Virus record (IMG/VR): IMGVR_UViG_3300025882_000001
Length of the DNA stretch: 64,000 nt
Reading direction: 5' to 3' (one strand)
Origin: a virus
A program made the position numbers and the translations under genes. Positions within the stretch are counted from its first letter, which is position 1; each line of letters begins with the position of its first letter. Shown one piece after another: positions 27,974 through 37,491 of this stretch. Below the pieces are notes generated by a model that was given only the letters and a program-made list of their open reading frames with translations, searched no databases and was not told where the DNA came from.

Positions 27974-28906
27974 ATGCCAAAAACATCAATCAATCTCGAT
28001 GACTTCGCAACTGTAGTCGAAGCATCGAACGAACAAATGCCACGTGGAATAGCAATTGCTGTAACCGGTCTCTTCAAGCGAGGAAAAACCTATGGACTTT
28101 CTCGTTTTAACCCATCCGGAGACGTACGGAAAACTCTTTTCATTGACACGGAGAGATGTGTCTTGAAATATGAAGAGTATAATGGTATGACGGTTCTACC
28201 ATGTATCTCCTTTGCTCCGCCAAGAGATGGAGACGGCAAGATAATTCCACCAGAAGATCGCAACTATATCATCAATGGGAAGAACTTTAAGGCTTGGTCT
28301 TTTCAAGAGATATGTGCAATAGTTCATTCTCTGAAGGCATCTGGAATGCTTCATCAGCAGTTTGAACTTGTTGCCATTGACACTGTAGATAATCTGCAGA
28401 ACTGGGCAGAAGCATATCATCTTGAAAAGTATAATCAGAAACAACGCTCCTTGAAAGAGAAAGGAGAAGTAGTTGATTCCATAGGAGAGATTCCTTATGG
28501 CTCTGGTTGGAGCGATGCTCGAGATGAATTGGTAAGACCGCTTCTGCGAATGAAAGAAGAGGTGAACCAAGTCGGAGTAGATTTTGGTATCTCCATTCAC
28601 GCCAAGACTACAAGTCAAGTAAAGAACATCTATCAGCGTGACCCGGCTTTGAGAGCGGGAGTAACAAATGCGCTGTTTGGAGAGATGGACTTGATTGGCT
28701 ACGTGAACGTAGAAGATACTAATCTCCCAGATGGAGCCGAGTTCGGTGCAGTATTCCAAGGGAAATTGCATACGATTTCGTTTGTAGTAAGCGAAGAGAT
28801 AATGACTGGAGGCACAAGACTTAATCGTTTAGTAAACAAGACGCTTCCATTCTCTTATCAGGCACTTGTTAATGAATATAAGAAAAAGGAGGAAAAATGC
28901 CAATAA
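27974..28906 (+). CDS. P-loop ATPase, Sak4/AAA_24-like recombinase (310 aa)
   Basis: Walker A GLFKRGKT, LFIDTE, Walker B VAIDTV, H-A-K motif; directly upstream of an SSB-like gene. Confidence 0.8.
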   Translation: MPKTSINLDDFATVVEASNEQMPRGIAIAVTGLFKRGKTYGLSRFNPSGDVRKTLFIDTERCVLKYEEYNGMTVLPCISFAPPRDGDGKIIPPEDRNYIINGKNFKAWSFQEICAIVHSLKASGMLHQQFELVAIDTVDNLQNWAEAYHLEKYNQKQRSLKEKGEVVDSIGEIPYGSGWSDARDELVRPLLRMKEEVNQVGVDFGISIHAKTTSQVKNIYQRDPALRAGVTNALFGEMDLIGYVNVEDTNLPDGAEFGAVFQGKLHTISFVVSEEIMTGGTRLNRLVNKTLPFSYQALVNEYKKKEEKCQ

Positions 28907-29520
28907 TCCCATCACAGACCGGATCTGGTGGACGTATTCAGTCCCCTGGAGAAAACAGAGGGTTTCTTATTGACGTAATCGATCACACTGCGGGAACAGT
29001 GTATGATGTAATACTAGATTTCATTTTCGGATTCGAGAATGTTCCAGAAAACTGGACAAGAAAGATGAGAGTTTTTGCCAAGTTCGACCGGAATATGAAT
29101 AACGAGATAGATCCAGAGAGCAAGGATTTGAAAAGGCTCTATCGTATTCTCCAGCAAATGGGTTTTACCCGAATTGAAGGCGGGAAACTCTCTGGAATCG
29201 GAGTCAATGAGAAGGGAAAATTCGTAGATGAGAACGATAGACCAATAAAGGACATAGCTGGATTGCTCAAGACACTTGGAAGAGATAAGTCGTATCTTGT
29301 CTATATCGCCAAGGATTCCAATGGCTATGACCGAGTAATTGGTGTAATCGATGAAGAGCTTAACAAAAGTAACGATGCTTTCGCTGTCATGATGCAAGAG
29401 AATTATGCATATTGGATTGAAAGAAGTTTGAAAGCGGAAGCTTCTGATACGCATACCGAAAAAGGAGGAAAATCAGAAAGTAGCAATGACGACCTGATAT
29501 ATGTTCCAAGAGGTGATTAA
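28897..29520 (+). CDS. Putative single-stranded DNA-binding protein (207 aa)
   Basis: Between Sak4-like ATPase and primase; beta-rich N-terminus and acidic flexible C-terminus. Confidence 0.5.
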   Translation: MPIIPSQTGSGGRIQSPGENRGFLIDVIDHTAGTVYDVILDFIFGFENVPENWTRKMRVFAKFDRNMNNEIDPESKDLKRLYRILQQMGFTRIEGGKLSGIGVNEKGKFVDENDRPIKDIAGLLKTLGRDKSYLVYIAKDSNGYDRVIGVIDEELNKSNDAFAVMMQENYAYWIERSLKAEASDTHTEKGGKSESSNDDLIYVPRGD

Positions 29521-29521
29521 A

Positions 29522-31330
29522 ATGAAGTATTATGAACTGGCACAATATCGGGCAAGTAATCGCAATAAACTTATCAGAGCGGAGGATGTTGCTCATGTCA
29601 TCCTTGAGAAGGGGACGCAGTGTCCCCTTTTCCGCTCGGTATTTTGGTACGATGAAGGAATCGTAGAATATCTCAAGACGAATAAGTCTGTGTCTATGTA
29701 TCGGGGTATCCGAGGGATTGATATGATTCCTATCGATATCGATAAGGGCTACAACAGCGATGAATTCACGCAGGAGAAGCTTCTAAAGTTTATAGAGAAA
29801 CTTGAATCTCTTGGACTGGATGAGAATATGTTCCAGATATTCTTCAGTGGAACTGGCTTCCATATCTTCTTAGATAATTCTCTCTTCGACTTCCAACCGT
29901 CAGTATTTCTTCCGGAGCAGATCGCACAGACGTTAGTGAACGCTGGATTGATAGATGATCCAGTAATCATCCGTGGCAACCAACTTATTCGCATAGAAAA
30001 TAGCTTGAACGAAAAGAGTGGTCTTTTCAAAATTCCTCTTACTTTGGAAGAAGCAAAGACTCTTTCTCTGGAAAAGATTCGAGAGCTGGCGAAGACACAG
30101 CGTCTGGATTTTCAGTATCTGGAGATGGATGGAAGAAACCTATTGGAGAAGTATATTATCCCTTCATATATGTTTGAAGAAGGAAGCAAAGTTGTTCCCA
30201 ATGGATGGAAGAAAGAAGACGATAACTTCGAAGTGAATAGATATGCAGTGTGTATTCAGAAGCTCTACGAGCGTGGAGCAGTAGAAGGAAATAGAAACAA
30301 TGTAGTAATGCGCATTGCTTCACATTGTAAAAGACAAGGAATGCCAGAAGATTTCGCTATTGCTGGAATGTTGCATTGGAATCATAAGACGAATCAGTCT
30401 TTGGATGACCAGCAGGTGATTGAAAGAGTACGGCAAGTCTATCGCAAACCGTATCGGTATGGTTGCAATGATGCAATTCTTAAAGAATTCTGTTCACCAA
30501 TGTGTCTATTCTATAAGCACAAGAATCTGGATGCCAATAATCTGATGAATCTTACCGATTTGGATAAAGCATTTGAAGAGCGTCTGCAAATTATAGAGAA
30601 TAAAGACCGCTATATCAACCTGAAAGACATCTTCGGACTGGAAGTCGATTGCGTATTGTATCCAGGAGAACTTGTTGTCTTCCAAGGAGATACCGGTCTT
30701 AATAAAACTAGTATCATCCAGAACATAATGTTGGGCGTGAATATGGTTGACGATGTAGTTCGTCCCAAAGGGCTTCAGACAATCTACTACGGAACAGAAC
30801 TCTCAGCTGGAATTATTCAGATGAGAAATTATTGTATTGTAACTGGTTATACTGAAAATGAAGTCATTAAGCACAGAGACGAACTCTACAAGTATCATAC
30901 CGCTCTGGAGCACATTGCAGTTCAGACTGGAATACTCACAACTTCTGGAATAGAGCAACTGATTCTTGATTATCAGCCACAGGTTCTGGTAATAGATTAT
31001 TATGAACAAGTAGAGCATCCAGCTTGGGGAAGAAGTCCATCAATTGCAGTAGCAGATATTGCCAAATCACTTTCAGTAATGGCGCAGAAGTATAATATCA
31101 TCTTGATTGCCATATCACAAATCAATAGAGCTTCTGCGAATAACAATGGAATTCATTCTGGTTTCGGAAGTGGTGCAGTAGAAAAGACTGCAAGAAGATT
31201 GTTTACTATATCTGGAGACCAGAATAGTCCTTATCGTATAATAAATCATGTCAAAGCAAATTCAGATGTTCTTTGGAAGAACGTCGTATTGGAGCGTCAA
31301 GACAATTGGCGCTTCAAGAGAATAAAATAA
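29522..31330 (+). CDS. AEP-type primase fused to an SF4 (DnaB/RecA-like) helicase; likely start 29522
   Basis: AEP motifs PIDID, FSGTGFH, IRIENSLNEKSG; PriCT-like GNRNN; Cys cluster C..C..C; helicase GDTGLNKT, VIDY, SQINR. Confidence 0.88.
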   Translation: MKYYELAQYRASNRNKLIRAEDVAHVILEKGTQCPLFRSVFWYDEGIVEYLKTNKSVSMYRGIRGIDMIPIDIDKGYNSDEFTQEKLLKFIEKLESLGLDENMFQIFFSGTGFHIFLDNSLFDFQPSVFLPEQIAQTLVNAGLIDDPVIIRGNQLIRIENSLNEKSGLFKIPLTLEEAKTLSLEKIRELAKTQRLDFQYLEMDGRNLLEKYIIPSYMFEEGSKVVPNGWKKEDDNFEVNRYAVCIQKLYERGAVEGNRNNVVMRIASHCKRQGMPEDFAIAGMLHWNHKTNQSLDDQQVIERVRQVYRKPYRYGCNDAILKEFCSPMCLFYKHKNLDANNLMNLTDLDKAFEERLQIIENKDRYINLKDIFGLEVDCVLYPGELVVFQGDTGLNKTSIIQNIMLGVNMVDDVVRPKGLQTIYYGTELSAGIIQMRNYCIVTGYTENEVIKHRDELYKYHTALEHIAVQTGILTTSGIEQLILDYQPQVLVIDYYEQVEHPAWGRSPSIAVADIAKSLSVMAQKYNIILIAISQINRASANNNGIHSGFGSGAVEKTARRLFTISGDQNSPYRIINHVKANSDVLWKNVVLERQDNWRFKRIK

Positions 31331-31383
31331 TAGAAAGGAAGAGAAAATGAAATCAAAACCGAAAAGCTTCAAGGAGAAACAAA

Positions 31384-31776
31384 GTGAAAATTGACTACGA
31401 CTTAGATGAACTAGTAGAGAATGTAATAAGTGTTCTGAAAGAAATCGGTCTCGATTTTCTTCAAGAAGAAGATAGAGACGATCGTACAAATACACGTATT
31501 CTGAGCTTTGTCTACGACGGTGACATTATTAACGTAGTTATCTATGGTGAAAGCGATAGAAGATTCATGGTTCTGTATGCATACAGTGAGTCTGTTAATG
31601 GTAAAAGAGCTACAGCAGAATACGAAACATTTAGTTATACAGTAGCTGGAATTCCAGTAGATGATATGACACGTCTTGATAAGAGTTTCAGAACGTTTTC
31701 GAAAATGATTAAACTATATCGAGAAGAAGATAAAGCGGAGAAACAAAGTGAAAACAATATTTTATTTATTCCTTAA
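31384..31776 (+). CDS. Hypothetical protein (130 aa, GTG start)
   Basis: RBS AAGGAG. Confidence 0.7.
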   Translation: MKIDYDLDELVENVISVLKEIGLDFLQEEDRDDRTNTRILSFVYDGDIINVVIYGESDRRFMVLYAYSESVNGKRATAEYETFSYTVAGIPVDDMTRLDKSFRTFSKMIKLYREEDKAEKQSENNILFIP

Positions 31777-32338
31777 TACCTTATCTGGTAAAGGAAATGT
31801 TATTACAGATGACTATATAGGTATAATTCCGGTTGAAGGAATACTTGGTTACCGTGCTGGATTGAAATCTGATTATATTCCGCTTACAACAGAAGAAGCC
31901 AACAATATTTTGAAGAAAGCTGGCTATAGAGGAAATTACAATTGGAATAGGCTTAAATTCTATGATCCGATTGCTCAATACTTTTATGACAACTTCAAGA
32001 TAAATCACTCTTCTTTGATAGATTTATGTTACGAAAAAGAAGACAAAGGAATTGATCCTATACCGGTCATAAGAGAATTGATAAGAAACAAAGCCGATGT
32101 TATCAAGTCAACAAAAGTAGTTGATTTTTATTGTAGAAATAAAAAAGATAAAGGTAGATTATACATTGTCATTCTATACGAATACTATAACGATGAAATA
32201 ATCGGTATAGATGTATTTTTTGACAAGTACAAACAAAAAAAGGGAGGAACCCAATGCCGAAAGAAAAAGAAACCTTATTCGACATTGCAGCGCAGAAGAG
32301 AGAAGCTGAAGAGCTTGCTCGGTCGCTTGCAGAACTAA
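31748..32338 (+). CDS. Hypothetical protein, distant member of the 23392/23847 family
   Basis: LTTEEANNILKKAGY resembles VTTKEAEEIIKDCGY. Confidence 0.7.
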   Translation: MKTIFYLFLNTLSGKGNVITDDYIGIIPVEGILGYRAGLKSDYIPLTTEEANNILKKAGYRGNYNWNRLKFYDPIAQYFYDNFKINHSSLIDLCYEKEDKGIDPIPVIRELIRNKADVIKSTKVVDFYCRNKKDKGRLYIVILYEYYNDEIIGIDVFFDKYKQKKGGTQCRKKKKPYSTLQRRREKLKSLLGRLQN

Positions 32339-32787
32339 ACCTCAACGCAGAAGACGTTGAGCAACAATTGGCAGAAATCCAAGCCAAGCTAATAAAGAAG
32401 ATAAATAGTTTGGATTTCGTGTATATTAAACTTGATGCTGAAATTGAACAGCTGAAAATCTATAAGGAACTGTATCAAGATGAGCTCAAGAAAATCAATA
32501 GCAAGATGGAAAGTATTGAGAAGAGCAAAGACCGCCTTCTTCAGATGTTGGCAGACGCAAAGCTAGTTGATGTGAATAAGCCCCTGCGTACTCAGTATCA
32601 CACTTATTCGCTTACCAAAACTTATGGTGGTGTAGAAATAGTAGATGAAGAGCTACTTCCAAGTGACTACATTAAAACAAAGATTGAGCAGTATATTGAT
32701 ACTGCAGCCTTGCGGAATGACCTCATGGCTGGAAAAGAAATTCCAGGCGCAGTTCTTCCGGTGAAGATGAAGGTAAGGCGTCGGTGA
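32254..32787 (+). CDS. Siphovirus Gp157-like protein (177 aa)
   Basis: Long coiled coil, then VEIVDEELLPSDY...IDTAALRNDL..GKEIPGA signature; RBS GGAGG. Confidence 0.8.
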   Translation: MPKEKETLFDIAAQKREAEELARSLAELNLNAEDVEQQLAEIQAKLIKKINSLDFVYIKLDAEIEQLKIYKELYQDELKKINSKMESIEKSKDRLLQMLADAKLVDVNKPLRTQYHTYSLTKTYGGVEIVDEELLPSDYIKTKIEQYIDTAALRNDLMAGKEIPGAVLPVKMKVRRR

Positions 32788-33092
32788 GAATACTTCGACA
32801 AATGATGCTGAAGACCGAGTCCCTGATGTCTCATACCATGACGTATGCAATCATGCTATTCGAATCGATATTTTTTGGAATAGGAGTCTCTTGCTCAATT
32901 ATTGTTCCGAAGCTGGTTAAAGAGTATGTGGATGACGAAAACAAAGAATGCTTCGTGTATCAAATAATGTTTCTTGGAATATTTAACATTATCTATATCA
33001 TAATAGATGTAGAAGGAGCATACAAATCATATAGTTTCGGAATCGGACTTACTCCGATTACGCCAATCTTCACAATAGGATGGAGAAAATGA
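32784..33092 (+). CDS. Small membrane protein (102 aa)
   Basis: Two hydrophobic segments; start overlaps the upstream stop. Confidence 0.55.
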   Translation: MRILRQMMLKTESLMSHTMTYAIMLFESIFFGIGVSCSIIVPKLVKEYVDDENKECFVYQIMFLGIFNIIYIIIDVEGAYKSYSFGIGLTPITPIFTIGWRK

Positions 33093-33430
33093 GTGATACA
33101 AAAATGTCAAAGCGTGAGAAGCGCTTTCAGAATATTCTTAACACGAGAAAGGATATGTTCTCGGATGAAGAAATCGAGTTTTTGCAAAAGAACTTTCGCA
33201 GAGTAATTCCTCAAGAAGAGTTACTATCACTCCGAGACAAAGTCAATGTATATACTTTTGAGAATTGGGTAATGACACATGAGTCTCTCGGAATAAACGA
33301 CTTCATGAAAAGTCTTTACTATGCAATTCAGAGTGATGAATCCCAAGAATTACTTATATCAACCGTTTTTGTTCTAGCTCTGGAATGGAGCAGAGGAAAA
33401 GGAGAAAAAGATGGCAACGAAGACAAATAA
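33080..33430 (+). CDS. Hypothetical protein (116 aa)
   Basis: Coupled ORF. Confidence 0.7.
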   Translation: MEKMSDTKMSKREKRFQNILNTRKDMFSDEEIEFLQKNFRRVIPQEELLSLRDKVNVYTFENWVMTHESLGINDFMKSLYYAIQSDESQELLISTVFVLALEWSRGKGEKDGNEDK

Positions 33431-33707
33431 GAAACCGAGTGTCCCAAAAAGAAAGGTGCTATCCTTCGAAAAGTTTGTGGACACCATAAACAACGCTCCA
33501 TTGCTCATGCAAGCAGTGGATGATATGTTTAACAAGTTCGCAGATGAACTTGATGAGAAGGAAATAATCACACCAAACGAGCTTGTCTACAAGATATATG
33601 AAGAGATTGAGAAGAATAACAATACTCTTATAGCTGTGGTAGCTGCAGTAACGATATTCATGTCTAGCAGACCACATAAAGGAGAAAGTAAAAATGACAG
33701 TAATTGA
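33411..33707 (+). CDS. Small helical protein, YxxYEEIE family member 1
   Basis: YKIYEEIEKNN plus a hydrophobic C-terminal helix. Confidence 0.75.
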   Translation: MATKTNKKPSVPKRKVLSFEKFVDTINNAPLLMQAVDDMFNKFADELDEKEIITPNELVYKIYEEIEKNNNTLIAVVAAVTIFMSSRPHKGESKNDSN

Positions 33708-33957
33708 TTTCAACTCCGAAAACGGAAGAAAGATTCTTACATTGAATGAATTCAGTGATCTACTTAATGATGGAGAAACAATTAAAGGTGCACTGGATCA
33801 ATTCGATAAAGACCTTTCGAAAGAATTAAACGGACAAAAGCTTCCAATTGAAGAATTTTGTTACCGTGTGTATGAAGAGATCGAAAAGAAAGGTAACACC
33901 GCCTTCGAAGTATTCATTATAACGATGGCTGTTTTGTATGGAAAGATAGGAAAATGA
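33694..33957 (+). CDS. Small helical protein, YxxYEEIE family member 2
   Basis: YRVYEEIEKKG. Confidence 0.75.
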   Translation: MTVIDFNSENGRKILTLNEFSDLLNDGETIKGALDQFDKDLSKELNGQKLPIEEFCYRVYEEIEKKGNTAFEVFIITMAVLYGKIGK

Positions 33958-34277
33958 GTAGCATCGTTGGTGTTATAATAATCATTCTGCTTCTGATAGT
34001 AATCTACTTCTGTGGAAGAAAACTTCAGAAGCTTGAAGAAGCGAAGAGACGTCTTAAGAACTTCAATGACGATCTCTATATTAAAGTCAGTCAGTACCGG
34101 GAACATTTCTTAAAAGAGAAGAAGAAAGGCGATATGTATGACAAGATAATAAAAAAGTATAAGTACGCTCTCTTCTCTTGTGCGGACTGTAAGAAGATAG
34201 TCTCTAAGAAGAATACGCATTGGCTGGAAGAGAAGCCATATTGCGGAAAGTGTTATGGAAAAAGGAAAGACTCATGA
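33954..34277 (+). CDS. Membrane-anchored coiled-coil protein with C-terminal zinc finger (107 aa)
   Basis: N-terminal TM helix; CADC...CGKC. Confidence 0.72.
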   Translation: MSSIVGVIIIILLLIVIYFCGRKLQKLEEAKRRLKNFNDDLYIKVSQYREHFLKEKKKGDMYDKIIKKYKYALFSCADCKKIVSKKNTHWLEEKPYCGKCYGKRKDS

Positions 34278-34534
34278 ATGAAGAAAGAAAAATTCTCTCA
34301 CGGAAAGAATTCGAAGACCTTTATCAAGATAAGACCAACTTATTGATGTGCGCAATGATAGTTCTTATTGATTCCGGTATAGCGCACTGCAATGAAGATG
34401 ATGATGACGATATAGAGCTGATGAAGGTATCTTACAAAATATACGAGCAGATTGAGGAAAATAATATTCTTTTAGAAGTATTATCTTCTATTGCTTTGGC
34501 AATTGTAGGAAAATACGGAATATCTTTTCCATAG
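34274..34534 (+). CDS. Small helical protein, YxxYEEIE family member 3 (likely start 34274)
   Basis: YKIYEQIEENN; ATG overlaps the upstream stop. Confidence 0.72.
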   Translation: MNEERKILSRKEFEDLYQDKTNLLMCAMIVLIDSGIAHCNEDDDDDIELMKVSYKIYEQIEENNILLEVLSSIALAIVGKYGISFP

Positions 34535-34545
34535 AAGGAGAAAAC

Positions 34546-35124
34546 ATGAAGAAAGAGAAGTTCATAATCGGAATCGATCCGGGGATGAAGGGGGGCATTG
34601 CCCTCCTTTCTCTGGAGACGATGAAGGTTCATACCGCAATCCGAATGCCGATAGTTGGAGACAGCTTTGATTACGAATGGATCCGAAGGTTCTTCGAAAA
34701 GTATAAAAACGATGTGGCATGTGTTTGCATTGAGAAAGTTGGATATATGGGAAAAGATACTGCGTCTTCAATCGCAACACTTTGTTACCACGCTGGAATA
34801 CTCTATGGCATGGCTTATGCGATTGGGTTTAATGTCTCGGTCATGGCTCCAAGTTTCTGGAAGGCAAAGATTGGTCTTCCGGTAATTGGAACTAAGAGAG
34901 GTTCCAAGAATGAAACGCCGGAGCAAAAGAAAGCTCGTCTCCGAGAGAATGCCAAACTGAAAAAGAGAGCGAAAGGAAATTCAATAGTCTTTGCTTATGA
35001 GAAGCATCCGGAATTGAGAAGTGCTCAGGGTCAGCTTACCGATGGAGAAGCTGAAGCAATACTGATTGCAGATTGCTATATAAAGTTATGGCATACTGGA
35101 ACGGAAGATGAAAAAGGAATTTGA
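34546..35124 (+). CDS. RuvC-like Holliday junction resolvase (192 aa)
   Basis: IIGIDPG, CIEKV, P-x-x-WK and DGEAEAILIA RNase H-fold motifs. Confidence 0.88.
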   Translation: MKKEKFIIGIDPGMKGGIALLSLETMKVHTAIRMPIVGDSFDYEWIRRFFEKYKNDVACVCIEKVGYMGKDTASSIATLCYHAGILYGMAYAIGFNVSVMAPSFWKAKIGLPVIGTKRGSKNETPEQKKARLRENAKLKKRAKGNSIVFAYEKHPELRSAQGQLTDGEAEAILIADCYIKLWHTGTEDEKGI

Positions 35125-35482
35125 ATACGTTTATCAAAACGGAAACTGCTATTTCGTTGGGATAAGAAAGAGAAAGGGGGAAGTGAGCTATATTGAACGC
35201 TGGGAACGATTGCAGTATGGAGATAAAATAGTTTGCTATACTACGATTGGAATCGTTATTGCAGTGTTCAAAAGTCATCGCAATAGAAAGAAATTGAAGA
35301 TGGATGATTGCATCGATGGTTATAACAAAGGCTTTCTCGTCTTCAATTCTGGAAAGTTCGATATAGTCACTTGGTTAAAGAATTCTGAAATTGAGAGCTC
35401 ACTTCCCTTTCTCAGTTCTGAAGATTTCGCAGCGATAACAACGCTATTGGAATATATTCGAGAAACAAATGAAAACGAATAA
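35108..35482 (+). CDS. Hypothetical protein (124 aa)
   Basis: Coupled ORF. Confidence 0.65.
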   Translation: MKKEFEYVYQNGNCYFVGIRKRKGEVSYIERWERLQYGDKIVCYTTIGIVIAVFKSHRNRKKLKMDDCIDGYNKGFLVFNSGKFDIVTWLKNSEIESSLPFLSSEDFAAITTLLEYIRETNENE

Positions 35483-35873
35483 GTCTTTGCTGTGTGAGAA
35501 CTGCGGACATCTCGTACCGCAGATTGACGAGTTCGGACAGGAGAATGACCACTGTCCTTACTGCGGCTATATACTTATATCTCTGGAAGAAAAGGAGAAA
35601 CTAATGAAGAACATTGACAAATATCTTTCAATCATCGGCGATACGCAGAGAATCGTCGACAAGATGTATAACATGGAACTGTGCTGCAGTTTCATTCATT
35701 CGTGGTTTATGTATGACTTCTTCGATTGTATCTTAGAAGATGTAGAAAAAGAAGACCTGAAGTTAGATACAGTAGATGATATGATTCAGTATCTTCGCTG
35801 CTTCGCTCCAGAATCTTGTAATGATTATGAAAAGATATTAGAAGAGATAAGAAAGGAATTAGAAAAAAGATGA
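35469..35873 (+). CDS. Zinc-ribbon protein (134 aa)
   Basis: CENC...CPYC. Confidence 0.72.
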   Translation: MKTNKSLLCENCGHLVPQIDEFGQENDHCPYCGYILISLEEKEKLMKNIDKYLSIIGDTQRIVDKMYNMELCCSFIHSWFMYDFFDCILEDVEKEDLKLDTVDDMIQYLRCFAPESCNDYEKILEEIRKELEKR

Positions 35874-36046
35874 AAATATTATATTGTAGAGATTGTGGCT
35901 ATAGTGACGACGCCATAAACTTTCCCTACTATAGCCAAGAAACGAAATACGATAAAGATAAAGATGAATACACTATAAAAGGATGCTATGTTCCTTATTG
36001 TCCAAAGTGTAATAGAATTGATATTAGAAACGCATTCGTATTATAA
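35870..36046 (+). CDS. 58-aa zinc-ribbon protein missing from the ORF track (MKILYCRDCGY...YCPKCNRID)
   Basis: ATG overlaps the upstream stop (ATGA); two CxxC pairs; TAA at 36044-36046. Confidence 0.7.
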   Translation: MKILYCRDCGYSDDAINFPYYSQETKYDKDKDEYTIKGCYVPYCPKCNRIDIRNAFVL

Positions 36047-36067
36047 ATTACTTACAAAGGAAGAACA

Positions 36068-36367
36068 ATGTCAGAAGTAAATAAACAGCTAATACTATTT
36101 GCAAAAGCTGCTCTGAGTGATGCCTTCGAAAGAAGAATCTGTTGTGGATACACTTTCTCGTGGATTGAATATGCATTGGAAGAAGCACTTACTCAGCAGT
36201 ATAGTCAAGATGAAGATGAAGATGACATAACAAATGTAGAAGAGCTTTGTGAGTACCTTCATCGGAAACGCTCCGAAGCATGTGGCGAATACGATTTCGT
36301 GGTAGAGAATATGAGAAACTATCTTTTCAAACTCGAAGTCGAGAAACAAACCGAACGGAACGGATAG
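36068..36367 (+). CDS. Hypothetical protein (99 aa), last plus-strand gene
   Basis: RBS AAGGAAG; followed by a terminator. Confidence 0.72.
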   Translation: MSEVNKQLILFAKAALSDAFERRICCGYTFSWIEYALEEALTQQYSQDEDEDDITNVEELCEYLHRKRSEACGEYDFVVENMRNYLFKLEVEKQTERNG

Positions 36368-36373
36368 GTAACT

Positions 36374-36422
36374 GAGCCATTGTCTTCGCTTTGCGAAGCG
36401 ATGGCTCTATATTTTTTATTTT
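36374..36422 (+). terminator. Intrinsic terminator of the plus-strand block
   Basis: GAGCCAT..CTTCGC/GCGAAG..ATGGCTC stem (36374..36407), then a T-rich tail. Confidence 0.8.
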
Positions 36423-36558
36423 TGAGAAGTAAATAAGCAGCAAATGGTTGTTTTCAATTCTGACGCAATTTAAGGTATCTGTGGAGCAAATAGGTGCAAA
36501 ATAGTATAAACACTCCAGCTCAATTCCGATTGTTAATGTAGCACCCCTATTCTTTCGC

Positions 36559-36600
36559 CAAAAAAAAGAAACCGTCGATTTGACCAGGCAGGTTCGACGG
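36559..36600 (-). terminator. Intrinsic terminator of the late operon
   Basis: CCGTCGA/TCGACGG stem (36572..36600), then TTTCTTTTTTTT on the minus strand. Confidence 0.75.
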
Positions 36601-36639
36601 CAACCTTTGTTGGTTCGATTACCTCAGGTAACAAACACT

Positions 36640-37491
36640 TCAACGCAGATAAATCTTCTGCAGTTGAATATCGAATAAGTCTTTTCTCTTATCGTGGGTA
36701 TAGATTGTTTGTCTCAGCATTCCGATTGCAGATTCTTTTCCAGGACGCTCTTCAAAATAGCTATCGACTCCCTCTTCGGTCTTGGAAAGAAAACATCCAT
36801 TGATGGCAAACCAAGAAATTAGCCGACGGATTGTTCCATATGAGAAGTCGTTGTATTCACAGCGGTCAGTCTGCATCTGATGAAGATGTCCCATTACATG
36901 AACATCTGCAATATCCCAGCGGAATATATCATAGACTTTATTGATGGGATAACCTTCTCGGAAACCTCCACCACCGGTTCCATGACAGACTACAATCTTG
37001 ATGGGAGTACTTCTTCCTCGTTTCTCATCTCGGAAGTTGATACTTATCCAAGCTTTCTGATGAAGGTCTGGAACTCCAAGAGAGCTGGTGAGATAGCTAT
37101 TCACATCAAAACCATTATACTTCCGGTATTTGTTTTCATGGTTTCCAGAAATTAGTCCAATACACTTGTTCTGAATGGGTTCAATTATATTCAGGAATTC
37201 GTCTGCCTGCTTTCTGGGAAGGTCGTTTAGGTCTCGAATCTCGTATCTTTCTGCAATCTCCAATGGATTAAATCGGGGGTCATTGTAAGAAATCGCATCA
37301 ATATAATCTCCCATGCCAATCCAAGCATTGGCATCTTCCTGAATCATTTTCACTGCATGTTTCAGAGCATGTTCATTGCAGTTGGCAGCACCAAGATGAA
37401 CATCTCCAAGATAGTAGATTACGTATGGCTGGCTTATTTCACGTATGTTCTCATGAATTACTATTGATTGCAAAACTATTCTCCAAGACAA
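36640..37491 (-). CDS. Calcineurin-like metallophosphoesterase (283 aa)
   Basis: GDVHLG, GDYID, GNHE, CHG and GHLH motifs in order. Confidence 0.92.
   Translation of the reverse strand: MSWRIVLQSIVIHENIREISQPYVIYYLGDVHLGAANCNEHALKHAVKMIQEDANAWIGMGDYIDAISYNDPRFNPLEIAERYEIRDLNDLPRKQADEFLNIIEPIQNKCIGLISGNHENKYRKYNGFDVNSYLTSSLGVPDLHQKAWISINFRDEKRGRSTPIKIVVCHGTGGGGFREGYPINKVYDIFRWDIADVHVMGHLHQMQTDRCEYNDFSYGTIRRLISWFAINGCFLSKTEEGVDSYFEERPGKESAIGMLRQTIYTHDKRKDLFDIQLQKIYLR

Noticed and set aside
36585-36630. tRNA suggested by GGTTCGA motifs
   Set aside because: No cloverleaf could be built; the first motif belongs to the minus-strand terminator stem.
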